Assembly: GCF_006345805.1 (NCBI RefSeq)
Contig: NC_042999.1
Coordinates: 94,550,001 to 94,614,000, forward strand
DNA from: Octopus sinensis
Taxonomy: Eukaryota
Direction: 5' to 3'
Length of the DNA stretch: 64,000 nucleotides
Positions within the stretch are counted from its first letter, which is position 1. Every line of letters starts with the position of its first letter. The notes below the pieces were generated by a model. That model had not been told where the DNA came from, did not search any database, and worked only from the letters and a program-made list of their open reading frames with translations. The position numbers and the translations under genes are program-made. This document shows positions 1-12,458 of the stretch, in pieces.

Positions 1-60
1 ACTTTAAGCGCAAATTGAAACAACTTTCAGTCAATATCCACTATTTATTATTTTATGGTG

Positions 61-190
61 ATCTTGTAACACCCATTGAATAAAATATATATATGTATAT
101 CTATATATGCAAATAATTTATATGACCATCTTGTAACACCCATTATATAAAATATATGATATATCTCTATATCATCAAATAATTTAATTA
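61..190. repeat. Two-copy tandem direct repeat, ~68-bp unit
   Basis: atcttgtaacacccatt..ataaaatatat...aaataattta occurs at ~61-121 and ~129-187. Confidence 0.6.
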
Positions 191-480
191 TTTTTTTATA
201 TCCGCATGTTGAAAACCCCAGAATTGAATGCAATTCTTTTACAATTTAAGCTTGAAGAATGAAGATTAGTCTTTCTACTAAAATGCGATATTTATTCTAT
301 ACCAGATTAGCAGCCGCACTCCGTGCGGACTTTTAGCCTATCTCTTTTGGCCCAAGACTGAAGAGAATTAAATAGCATGACTATCAGATCGTATTGCCTG
401 ATGTTGAAGAACCAGATGAAGGGCAAATGTTCAATCCGGGGGTCATGCTGATCCCCAAAAGGCAGAAGTTTGCTTTTCAA

Positions 481-684
481 ACCAGCAGAACCATTAGCAC
501 GCCGGACGAAATGCTTACCATTATTTTGTCCGCCGCTACGTTCTGAGTACAAATCCTGCCGAGGTCTACTTTTCCTTTCATCCTTTTAGGGTCGATGAAT
601 TAAGTACCAGTGAAACACTGGGGGTTGATGTAATCGGTTCAGCCCTCCCCCAAAGTGGTTGCTCCTGTAGCTAAATTTGAAGAC
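481..684 (+). mobile_element. tRNA-derived SINE (octopus OR-like family), diverged copy
   Basis: gcagaaccattagcacgccggacgaaatgc...acgttctgagtacaaatcctgccgaggtc...gtcgatgaattaagtaccag...gatgtaatcg; A/B-box-like head; the same body recurs more than 10 times in the window. Confidence 0.75.
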
Positions 685-1039
685 ATTAATATAAATGACA
701 TTATATTACTGGCCTTTCTCTAATCAGATTTGCACTACAGTTATTACAAGGCCATACAGCAAAAAAAAATGGAACAATCATAATTTTGGCCTAGGTGAGA
801 AAAGGCAAAATCGAAGTTACATTATAGAATGCAAGTTGCAAATATACTACGCTAGGATTTACATACATATATTTTCGTTTCTGCCGTAAAATTTAATATT
901 CTCTACCATCTGCACTATTATGAATATATTCATTTACACACGGAATTGTATTCGTACAAAGTTACATAGTCCCTCTTCCTTTCTTACTCAGCCTGCTGTA
1001 GCCATTGTGGACTAGATTAAGATTATTTATGCAAATACT

Positions 1040-1310
1040 TCAAGCCAGCGGGTTGTTCACCACTAAGTTATGTCATTTTTCTTCTATGGAACTGAGGTAA
1101 TGTCCTTAAATGTTCATGATTGATCGGTAGCCACTAAACACATTTCTTTCTCTACTTGTTTCTTTTTGTGCTCCTTTCTGTGGAAGAGCGTAGGCTCGAA
1201 ACGTAAAAGACTTTTTCAATTCCCGAGCGTTATAGTAATACATATGTTTGTCTTCTACACCAACTGTCTTCGTCTTTTGTTTTTTTTTCGTGAATTCTCC
1301 CTATACGTAT
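1040..1310 (+). mobile_element. Short PLE-type 3' end (solo pLTR-like) with hammerhead motif, ending in (TA)n
   Basis: Hammerhead motif at 1174-1209, then cccgagcgtt and a T-rich tail into (TA)n; homologous layout at 20040-20245. 5' boundary uncertain. Confidence 0.5.
1174..1209 (+). ncRNA. Minimal type I hammerhead ribozyme motif, core mutated (A6>U)
   Basis: CTTT-CTGTGGA-A-GAGC(GTAG)GCTC-GAAA-CG-TA-AAAG: stem I CTTT/AAAG, stem II 4 bp, palindromic stem III ACGT, GUA site after 1205. Confidence 0.6.
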
Positions 1311-1331
1311 ATATATATATTATATATATAT

Positions 1332-1381
<50 letters not shown>

Positions 1382-1519
1382 CATACATATATGTGTGTGT
1401 CTGTGTACATGTACTCACACATAAATATATATCTACACGTGTGTATGTGCGTATTATTGCATATATTGTCTAACCTTTATACATATCAGTCGACAATGAC
1501 TAAAGTATCACTAAGTAAT

Positions 1520-2365
1520 TTGAGAAAAAATACAAACATAGTTAATTACATTAAATAATGTATGTTCAATAACGTGAAATTCTGATTAGCATGCAGAATA
1601 ATACAGAAATTTCTTAAATCTCTGCTCGGGCACTACGCATATACATGTTATATAGATTCAAGCCCTCTTGCATGACCTTCAAAACCGCACCCCTAAATTA
1701 TTATGAATCAGAGAGTTCTGAATCTCATTACATTTGTTGTAAAACGTCTCTTCAAATTTTGGATTGTGGTCATTTGAGAGTAACGCGGTAACCTTTTTCC
1801 TGCACAGTCAGTGTAGTACTAAAACCTGAGTTTCTGATCTCTCTGGAGTGCAGAGAAGTCAGTGTCAGTGTATTATTATATGAATGCATAATTTCTCAGA
1901 AACTGTTTCCTGTAAGAACAACATCGAAGTACCTAAGAATATTTTGTGGAGGAGGATGCAGTTTTTCCAGTTTCACCTTCCATTCAAAGTAAGTCGCAGC
2001 CTCCGATTCAGCAGGCCACCTGCAGGCTTTGTTGAGTTAACGAACCTTGTCGAAGAGATTCCCTGCACCATCTGATTGTATAACATGCAGGAAAAAGTTT
2101 GCCGCATTACCGATTCATTACTCTCAAATGACCACAATCCAAAATTTGAAGAAACGTTCTACAGCAAAGGTAATGCACTATGATTCATTATAATGTAATG
2201 GTGCAATTTTGAAGGCCATACAACATGTACATACGTAGCGTCCGAGCGGTAATTTAAAGAATTTCAGTATTATTCTGCAGGCTAATCAAAATTACAAACA
2301 CTCCATTTCACGTTATTGAACATACATTCTTCAATGTAATCAACCATGTTTCCATCTTTTCTGTT
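1520..2365. mobile_element. Old foldback/MITE-like element with ~280-bp imperfect inverted arms and ~280-bp spacer
   Basis: 1520-1804 is the reverse complement of 2086-2365 (e.g. aatgtatgttcaataacgtgaaat; tgcagaataatac; cttcaaattttggattgtggtcatttgagagtaa), roughly 80% by eye with indels; no ORF or hammerhead found. Confidence 0.75.
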
Positions 2366-2388
2366 CATGAATTTCTAAAATTCGATAG

Positions 2389-2394
2389 TTGTTG

Positions 2395-2465
<71 letters not shown>

Positions 2466-2492
2466 TTATTATTATTATTACTATTATTATTG
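2389..2492. repeat. (TTG)/(TTA)n microsatellite
   Basis: Direct reading. Confidence 0.95.
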
Positions 2493-2900
2493 TCTATTCT
2501 CCATCTTTGCATATTCGGTTTGGTCTCTTGGCATCCTGTTTGCAATGTTATCACTTTTTGTTACAGATATTTGACTGCATAACCTTTCCAATTAAAATCG
2601 ATTATCATTTGACCCCGGGATGTTCATAGACTGTAAAATCTTGCTTAATGTATTATTTTAAAGTTAATTATTCCACTCTTAAGACACGCTGACCAATCTG
2701 TCTTTGTAGCAGAAAGAGATTCATATTCTCTTTTCCTACGTATGTATTCCGACATTCGTTTTAATCATTTTCTAGCTGCTCTACGCTAGTTTTGTGCTTA
2801 TAACTTTGCTGCCAACAGTTCTGTTTTAATCACATATTTTATTTGGAGAACGGCCATGTTGAATTGAAAAATTCTAATGCGGAATCAAGTAGAGCAGTAT
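2493..2900 (-). pseudogene. Possible highly decayed R4/Dong-like LINE fragment
   Basis: Minus-strand translation across stops (..WSACLKSG..; ..NRICKDGE*TII) weakly resembles the WL...CRICGD..ETI region of the 33.4-34.9 kb element; abuts (TAA)n. Confidence 0.3.
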
Positions 2901-5207
2901 GTATATTATACTATTGTACTGAAATCATTGTGCTAGACGAAATCAATAGATTTAACTAACAATATAGGGAAAGTCAACGTAGTTACAGAGAATAACCCAA
3001 AGCTTTCATTATTCATAAGACCATGGTTTACACATTTGCGTATAGCGAAATGTATCTTGAAATGAAAAGTGTCCTTATGATATGATAAACATATACTCTA
3101 AAATTGTCACAAATATTCTTGAAATATCTTTAAAAACTTACTAGTCACTTATTTTTAATGAATACAATTCAATAGAGGCAATACAGGACGATAGCAGGAG
3201 ACAGAGAATAAGAGAGAGAAACAGCAAGTAAAGGAAGTAAAAGGAAGAGAAAGTAAAAGAGTGTACTGGGTAAAGTTGAAAAAGGTGAAGAGATATAAAA
3301 GGACTCCGTGAGACACGAAGAGCGACTGGAAAACAACAATGAAGACAAGACTGAGAAAGAAAATAAGCTATAGGAAAGAGAATGGCAAATGTGAATAGAT
3401 TGAATAGATACAGTATACAAATGAGATAAAATGAGAGAAAAAGGGAAATGGTGTAGAAGGAAAGTAATAGAAATATAATCCGTTAAAATATGCTGTGTCA
3501 TAGTGAATTAAATTAGTTTCATGATTAAAATATAATTGAAATCACATTTTGATAAAAAATATATATAAAGTGGTATTTTAGCAATATTCTAAACAGTATA
3601 GACTTTAAAAATTGCAGTAAAATTTGCATACTCGTATTTAATAAACATCCCTTTTATGAAATACGATAGATAACATTGACGAGCGCTTGGGAACGTTTTG
3701 TAATACAATACACATTCAGAGACTATAGGCACTACGTTATCATAATAGAACACTCCGCTTATAAATGTGTTGTTTATTTTCTGGTATTTAGCACGCCTCG
3801 TCAACTGGTACAGATTTAATTTTGAGCAGCCCTCAGTCCTGATCGAGAAACCCTTGCTCAATATACAATCCTCAGGGATATATACTAATGAGGCTTATAT
3901 ATCAGTGTATATATTAGCTTCTAATTCTAACTGGATTCGACAAGCGTGCATTCGTTTTTCAGTCCGTTATCTACAAGACAACCGGGCATCTCCATAGGAT
4001 GCATTGGTTGAGTATTACAATCTGTTAACTATTTTAAACATGGAAAGATAGGTTGGATTATGAAGACATTGGTATAAAATAAGACACATTGCATTATCAC
4101 AGTTTGAGCTTCTTTGAGCCAAATTATGTTTATTTAGTGCTTATCGCTATACTTTATATGGTTTTACCTGTAAAAATCATTCAGAGAAAACGATTTGTCG
4201 GAGTTAGGATACGAACTGCAGATGTGTTGATTCCACTATTTGTTCCACTCTTATTTTGGACAGTTTAGCTAATTTAGTGTTTATATAAATGTCATATAAA
4301 AAAAATATTAATAAAGTGTATAAAATTTGAATAATCGTTGCCGATTAGTTTCAAGAGCTTATTGATAGGAAATATAGATTTTCCGCAAAAAAGAAATCTT
4401 GATTAGCTTACTATCAATATATGTAAATATAATAACAAATATTTAGCGACAAATATCTGACAGAAGTTAAATGTAAACGCAATAAAATATTAAATATGCG
4501 GAAACCGACATTTTGGCCTTTTCTAGTCTTCTAGACACTCGCAATAAAGTTTTCCTTATAACAGTTTAGCGTAACAATTGTTAATGTAACAACCAAAGTT
4601 ATAAGAAAAAAGAGAAACAAAAAAGAAGAGTGTGAAAGTGCTATTCTGAAACAGCCTATAATTTTCTCTAATTTCCGTTCTCCTTAACATATTTTTATCT
4701 TCCAAGTTTTCATTTCAATTTTCGTCAAATATTATGGTTTGGTGCTGTTATTAATATCGTTTGAACTATTGGCGGTGATATTTCATTTTAAGCTAAAAGA
4801 AAATCTTTAAGGAAACAATATAGAATAAATTGTAATGTGTTTCTCCAATCAAAGGCAGTTAACTTTCTATTCGTCTCTCAATATATTGATTGCAATCAAT
4901 TGTGATCTCTTTTACTTTTTTTTCCACGAGTATGAGAATGTTATATCCCAAAACAGCAACAGGAAAATAATCTAAAATATTGACACTGATGTCAAACGTG
5001 GTGATAATTACATAACATAACATCACAAAAAGCACACGCCACTCCCTCTCTTTCATTTTCTCTCCTTTTATATGTATGTGTACTTGTACGTGCGCTTACA
5101 TACGTATACAAAACTCTATGTAAATAACTAAGTATATACATAAATATACTGATAGACATACACAGATATATATATTTATGTATATATATACATGTATATA
5201 TACATAC

Positions 5208-5269
<62 letters not shown>

Positions 5270-6817
5270 GCATACACTTATATAATATGTGTGTAGATGA
5301 TAGCAGGCGCGTTTGTGTGTGTATGTGTTAGTGCGTGTCACAGTGAGGATGAAGGTTCCACATGAAACTTTTAGTTTGGTTCCTGTACGATTAATTTGCT
5401 GAATAACTTTGAAGAGCATTGCTGCTGTGTAGGAAATGTGTGGTGGAATAAAAAGGAATATTTTACAATTGATTCTCAATATTTCTATATTCAGATATTA
5501 TTTCCTGATATCTGTTACCCAGACGAAATTGACTACCATTTAACATTGCAGTGAAACTAAAATGAAACCAAGATTCCGTGATTGTGTTAAATATTTCTAC
5601 ATTTTCACCTCTTTTGTTTTGTTTTTAAATTCAGTTTTATATCTGTTTTGGCTTTACTAGCAATTTATCGATATTTCAATTGGCAGTAAAGTTTCATTGC
5701 TCTTTCCTTCCGAATCTATCTCTCTAATGTTTAGTTTACACTTCAATTATTTCAATTTACCAATCCCATTTAAGTTGTGCAGTAAATAAAAGCTTGAGAC
5801 TGTAGATGATATAGACAATTTACTCCTGGAGAATACATTCCATTAAATATTTCGGTTAGCTTTTTATATCTCAGTATTGTTAGATTAAGAAATAAAGTAC
5901 TCGAGAATTTAAAACCAAATATGAATTTATTTCATTATATAATGTATTTCAGCGTAGTATAATTTCGACAATCTATCATATTGTATCACCATACAAGTTA
6001 TATGGATTATTATATAGGTTAAATTCTATTGCAGTACTTATCTGCCGTTAACGTTGCACAAATATATTCAATACATTTGTGGCCTAATGTCGTTTACTTG
6101 TTTTCTTTTAAAGGATCTGTCATGAAATAACCGATTCCCAATAGAGCTGAGACATTACAGCGTTATGCATTTAATGTATAGTAATTTAGAGTTGTTAAAA
6201 CAGCTAACAGCCGACCACTAGCTATCATCAAAGATGAAGAGATAAAATATTCTATCAGAATCATTAATTTTCTATATGACCGCTATAACCATCTGTAATA
6301 TTCAAAATATCATCTGGGTAATGTTATTATAAAATAGTGTACTTTTACAAAGATCTCTAGTATATATTTATAAGCGTATATATTTCCACAGATACCTGGC
6401 TATAACTGCAATGCTATGTATCTGTAACAGGTCATAAGAGTAATTTCCCTGCTCATTCTTTTAATAAATTTTATGGAAATGTAGGTGTCGGTATATTCAT
6501 TCGTTTCCCGATAAAATTTCGTAATTTCGTAACAGATATAAAACTCTTCTTCTCGGCAATGATATTGTTCTATTTGGGGTTGACATTGTTTAAAACGATA
6601 TGGGTTCCTTGCGTGTAATTCAAACCTGGAATACCTGGAAATGTGAAATATCATTTATGAAATTCTTAATAACGAAAATTTCATAGGAAAAGTAAAGTTA
6701 GTTTTAACGATATCTCGGATGGAGAGTTTTATATACTGTTTACCTTGCTATTATTACTACCAGCAAATAACGGGTACTTTGTGTAGCCACTCCGTCTGCT
6801 GGTGATGATGATGATAC

Positions 6818-6875
<58 letters not shown>

Positions 6876-7085
6876 AATATATATAGAGAGAGAGTTAAAG
6901 AAGCATTGGCTATTGAACAAAGATTAAATTTGGGTCAACGACTTTATATAAAAACACAACCCCTCAAACATTTAATCATATATAGAAATCACCATGGTCC
7001 TCACACCCTCTTGTTTCTATGAAAACAGACAAATATTATTACTTGTTGTATATATACATATATATATATGTATATATACCCTTTT

Positions 7086-7490
7086 ACTATTTTACTCTTT
7101 TACTTGTTTCAGTCATTTGACTGCGGCCATGCTGGAGCACCGCCTTTAGTCGAGCAAATCGACCCCGGGACTTATTCTTTGTAAGCCCAGTACTTATTCT
7201 ATCGGTCTCTTTTGCCGAACCGGTAAGTGACGGGGACGTAAACACACCAGCATCAAGCAATGCTAGGTGGACAAACACAGACACACAAACATATACACAC
7301 ACACTTATATATATATACATATATATGACAGGCTTCTTTCAGTTTCCGTCCACCAAATCCACTCACAAGGCATTGGTCGGCCCGGGGCCATAGCAGAAGA
7401 CACTTGCCCAAGATGCCACGCAGTGGGACTGAATCCGGAACCATGAGGTTGGTTAGCAAGCTACTTACCACACAGCCACTCCTGCGCCTA
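7086..7490 (-). mobile_element. tRNA-derived SINE with internal (CA/TA)n, near full length
   Basis: Minus-strand head ggcgcaggagtggctgtgtggtaag...ggttccggattcagtccc, gggcaagtgtcttct core and 3' gactgaaacaagtaaaagagtaaaa; the 3' half recurs at 11969-12160. Confidence 0.8.
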
Positions 7491-7498
7491 TATATATA

Positions 7499-7619
<121 letters not shown>

Positions 7620-7657
7620 TATATAACCAAGAAAAAAGCAACAGGAATGGATCGGTA

Positions 7658-7747
7658 GATTAGTACAATTGTTTCATACTAAAAACATTTAATTTAAAGC
7701 TGCAAATATTACAGCAAATATAATGTCAAGTATTCATCAGCTAAATC
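7658..7747 (-). ncRNA. Type I hammerhead ribozyme motif (mirror copy)
   Basis: Reverse complement of 7916-8005 with an intact core (tcatcag 7734-7740; tacaattgtttc 7664-7675). Confidence 0.8.
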
Positions 7748-7915
7748 ACATATAGGTTTTCCATTTATTCTTAAAGAGTGTAAATATCCTTATGAAGTTA
7801 TAGGAGTGATTTCCATGAATCTGAAGTAAGATCTTACTTCAGATTCATGGAACTCACTCCTATAACTTCATAAGGATATTTAAACTCTCTAAGAATATAT
7901 GGAAAACCTATAAGT

Positions 7916-8005
7916 GATTTAGCTGATGAATACTTGACATTATATTTGCTGTAATATTTGCAGCTTGAAATTAAATGTTTTTAGTATGAAACAATTGTAC
8001 TAATC
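7916..8005 (+). ncRNA. Type I hammerhead ribozyme motif with long stem II
   Basis: GATTTAG-CTGATGA(7923-29)-ATACT...AGTAT-GAAA(7988-91)-CAATTG-TA-CTAATC; stem II extended by gacatt/aatgtt and gctgta/tgcagc; palindromic stem III ACAATTGT; GUA site after 7999. Confidence 0.8.
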
Positions 8006-8149
8006 TACCGATACATTCTTGTTGCTTTTTTCTTGGTTATAATCACCCCACATAATTGTATGGTTAATACCATAAAGAATCCTGGTGCATCTAAGTTAAG
8101 TACCATATTCATTCGAATTCATTTGAATTCATTTGAATCTTAATTGTTT

Positions 8150-8279
8150 TTACATATGTATATATACATATATATGTATACATATATATATATATATACA
8201 TATATGTATATACATATATGTATATATATACGTATATATATATATGTATATATATACATATATATATATACATATATAT

Positions 8280-8323
<44 letters not shown>

Positions 8324-8355
8324 GCATACATTCATATATACATACATACCCTCGC

Positions 8356-8386
<31 letters not shown>

Positions 8387-8522
8387 CATGCATACATTCA
8401 TATATACATACATACACTCACATACATATACATATACATACGTACACACCCACATATATACGTGTATGCGTGTGAGCGATTGTGTGTGTATGTATATGTG
8501 TATGTGTGTGTGTGTGTGTGCG
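8150..8522. repeat. Compound (TA)/(CATA)/(TG)n microsatellite
   Basis: Direct reading; source of the IYIY-type ORFs. Confidence 0.95.
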
Positions 8523-9490
8523 CGCAAAGAAATAGAAGGGTCTGAGACAGAGGAAGAGAAACAAAAAGACAAAGAGAGATTGAATAGCAGAGATTCAGCA
8601 AGATCATACACTCTCGAATTCAAAAGATGGAAAATTTTTCTGTATGATATATCTGTAGATATACTGAAGGAGAGAAATCGCGACAACGTAAAACTCAACG
8701 CGTTTTTTGAAATAATAGGGTGGCTTTAGAAAAGCTGGCCTCAGAGTAAGCAACCACAATATCACTAAAATGATATCTAAATTATTTAATCAATATCCAA
8801 TTCTCGTTCCAAGAATATTTCTTGTCTATTGAAACATTTTGTACCCAATATTGGTAACGTGTTCTTATAATTAAACAAGCGGCAGGGTATCGGTACTTTT
8901 CGTCCACAAAATCCCTAATAACTAGGCAGTCTTAACATCTGCAGTATTAACATCTGCACTTCAGGGAAAATTATTAAATCCTTATTGCAAAAATAATTTC
9001 AAATATCGTAATACATTAATAACTACAATGAGGTAATGTTATATTTATATTTGTAAAATAATATAGTTGAGCTAAGCTTTATCATAGTATGTGAAAGAAA
9101 ATAAAATCAAGGTGACCTATTTAATGATTTTTTAACTGAAAGCTAAATAAGTCTGTTACTTATTCTATTGATTTTTTTGCCAAACTTACTGCCATCAGTG
9201 TCGATTCCTCCAGATGCTCTCAAGACCCGGACGTAATGTTAAACAGAGCGGTAGGTGAAGTCTAGCCCATCCACCAATTGTTATGGCCCTTCCGACGGCC
9301 TGCTACTCGATATACAGCTGCCTGAATTCACTCACAATGATTGGGTTGAACAAAGTTTTATAGAAGACAACATTCCTCAAATATAGCAGGCACTGCGACT
9401 GAACGACCAGAGGAAACATTTTACTACTTAACCATACGACCATGTCTTTCATGCATAGTGTTCCTTAGTAGTTATACATTTATATGTATA

Positions 9491-10839
9491 CTAGCAGTAA
9501 TTCCCGTCGTTGATCTGGTAATTACTTTTACTGTTTCTCAGGAGTCACAGTTAAAGTATTATTAAATATATAATTTACTCCTCCTGTATGTGTGTATTTT
9601 TATAAGAGAAAGATATGTAATAATTGAAATAAAAAATAGATCAATTTGATGCATGAACTTGTGTTTCTTTATTATATGACAACGATAAGTGAGTTGTATG
9701 TGCTATTTTATTTATTAATATAGTAATGAAATTATATAATATTGTTATAAGACAAACACAGATAATAATTGAAGTAGGAAAAAGATCAATTTCATACATG
9801 AATTTCTGTTTGTTTATTATATAATAATGCGTCGTATGTTATTTTATTTATCAACACAGTAACGGTAATTATATAATATTCTTATTGGTAATTTACCCAT
9901 TTTTGAATGTAATGATAGCAATGGTAAATCAGGTTATTGAAGTATTCATGTTGCATTAAGAGTGGACTTTTAAAAACAATGTTTTTGTTTTTGTTTTACC
10001 TCGGGGTGCATAGGCAGAAAGATTTGCTTTTGCTCCCCCATATGATGCTACTACATAAAGTTGGCCATGCAAAAAGCATGGTTGTTCAAGTTACAATCCA
10101 GCAAGTTTTAGTGTTAGGCCCTAACTTTTTATTAACGCTCATGGCAAATGAAACACGCATAAGAAAATATAACCGCTTAAATTGGAATGGAACATTAGAT
10201 GGTATAACTGGTATGCGCGGTATGAAACCTGTCGCACATTTACCACAACTAGCGAGAATATCTGCCTCAATGCAGTTCGTCATAAGTTTATGCACAATTA
10301 ATCTTGTACCACTGCATAATTTTGGTTGAGAGAGATTATGTAATAGCATAATAGGAGTCCCTTTTTCTGATAAAGACAATGTGGAGGTGTAGCTCCTGGT
10401 TCTAATGGGTTCAAAAATTTGATGTGGTAGTTAACAATATCCTGATCATTAACAACCCTGTCAATTGAGTTATAAGTGAATAGTTCTCCAGGAACTTTAT
10501 CCAATAGCATATTATTAATACTATGTACACCAACATTTTTTGGAGCCAAGATAGATCGCTCACGGATCCAATCTGTATCATTGTAATTATAAAGAAGATT
10601 AGGAAAGATTTCAACCACCAAATCATCCATGGAATCAGTTGAATTACATATTGGATTGAGTTTTCGACATTAGGCAATAGCATAATAGCTTCTTTTAAAC
10701 CAGGTACTTTCATTTTGCCGGAAAAAGAAAGATACAAAATTTCGATTTTCTATATATAGATAAAGCATCCCCTGAACAATTTAGTTTCATTTCAGTGGAC
10801 AAACAAACAAACGGACAGAATCTCTATTTAATATATAGA
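9491..10839 (-). mobile_element. Non-autonomous Helitron deletion derivative
   Basis: Minus-strand 5' TCTATATAT ends at 10839 and again at 10760 (A|TC); gtttgtttgtttgtcc subterminal motif; 3' hairpin gtaattacc..gggaattac then CTAG|T at 9491; internal helicase remnant; ~145-bp two-copy repeat at 9638-9890. Confidence 0.85.
10020..10720 (-). pseudogene. PIF1-like (Helitron RepHel) helicase C-terminal fragment, frameshifted
   Basis: ERSILAPKN..VHSINN..., GTPIMLLHNLSQPKLCSGTRL, IPRIPVIPSNVPFQFKRL..RVSFAMSVNK, HGQLYVA motifs across ORFs 10298-10630 and 10086-10379. Confidence 0.85.
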
Positions 10840-11932
10840 GAGAGACTATAGACAGGATAATTTTGTTAATACATTCATGTACAAAGTAGATCGCATTGCT
10901 ATTAGAGGATATGATAAAATATCGCAAACGGAAAAGTTCCCGCTTACAGTTGACTCAATTATTCACATATTTTCTGCTGGAATTATATTGTATCAGTGCA
11001 AAGTAAATAATGTATCTTAGTTTACGTCACATGTTCAAAATGGACGGCAGATAAATTCTCAACAACACAGCTTCTACTTGCATGTAAATTCTCTATTTTC
11101 CATGACGATTCTGCAAAACTTCATATTACATGCGTATCCTTTCTGACATGAATAAGTTAAAGATATACTTCGAACATATTCGTAGGAAATAAGCTTAAAT
11201 TAATAGCTAATTCCCCAGTGAAATGCTTTTTCAATTCAACAGAGCTTGTTCTGGTTTCCGTATAATCATGTAATGAGAAACACACGTTCATATCAGGAAC
11301 TATTATTTTCATACAACTTGCCACATTCTACATTGAATATTGATATAACTACACTATGCACTCGCATGATCGTTAGTCACTATAACCGATATTTATAGCG
11401 TTTTCTCTCCGACTTGAATGTCATTATCATATTTCTAACCAAGGATTTCTTTGTAAAAATGATTGAATTTATAGTATCAATTTTTCGATACTAAAGTCTG
11501 TGGAGCTTATATGTATGTGTGTATGTATGGATGGATGGTTAGATGGATGAATGGATGGGTGAATATATGTATATAAGTCTGTATGTATGTCGCATGTATG
11601 TGTGTGTATGTATGATTGTATTTATGCACCTATATGTACGTTTATGTGTATATATATATATATGTGTATATATATATATATGTGTATATATATATATGTA
11701 TATATATATGTGTGTGTGTGTGTATGTATATGTTTATGTACATTTATATACATATGTACATGTATGTCATTGTGTGTGAGACTGTGTATGTGTGTGTGTG
11801 TATGTGTGTGTACATATTTAGACATAAAAGCGTAATTGTGAGAGAAGGCAAATCCATACGAGATTGCATGCATGTATATATTTCATTCCTAACTCTCCCT
11901 CAGTCACTCTCACTCTCTCTCTATAAAGATAC

Positions 11933-11968
<36 letters not shown>

Positions 11969-12160
11969 GATTTTATACTTTTACTTGTTTCCGTCACTTG
12001 ACTATGGCCATGCTGGAGCACCACCTTTAGTCGAACAATTCGAACCCAGGACTTATTCTTTGTAAGCCTAGTAATTATTCTATCGGTCTCTTTGGAAGAA
12101 TCGCTAAGTTACGGCGTCCTAAACACACCAACGTCGGTTGTCAAGCGATGGTTGGGGCAT
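11969..12160 (-). mobile_element. SINE 3' half (same family as 7086-7490)
   Basis: ttttatacttttacttgtttccgtcacttgactatggccatgctggagcacc...cggttgtcaagcgatg. Confidence 0.7.
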
Positions 12161-12458
12161 AATCAGACACATAAGTACACTCACACAAACACACAGACAC
12201 GCGTGCGAGTACATATACATATACTCTCTCTCATACACACACACACAAACACATATAGAACAATGAAGAAATAAGTGATATAGATATCCACTTTATACAG
12301 CTCAACCAATTAGCGCTCAGATAGAGCTTCAGGAATATAACATTAAGAAGGAGATAAGACACATTCAAAGGTCGATTTATAATATTCATTCAATCCATAT
12401 TAACGAAATTCTCCATGTTATTCAATATACATACATAGATCCATTCATTTATATGATA

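Larger units (their letters stand above)
7622..8150. mobile_element. Non-autonomous hammerhead foldback element: 420-bp spacer-less palindrome (7622-8041) plus ~110-bp extension of the right arm, embedded in (TA)n
   Basis: tataaccaag(7622) pairs with cttggttata(8041); centre gtaag|atcttac at 7831/7832; about 8 mismatches in 210 bp; (TA)n-rich on both sides. Confidence 0.85.

Noticed and set aside
6392-6430. Plus-strand ag|A TAC CTG GCT ATA suggesting a GPCR DR|YLAI exon
   Set aside because: The downstream residues (TAML) do not continue the motif, the donor is weak and no other GPCR exons were found.
6570-6634. Minus-strand terminal-exon-like GIPGLNYTQGTHIVLNNVNPK*
   Set aside because: A single acceptor plus a short open frame is expected by chance; no linked exons.
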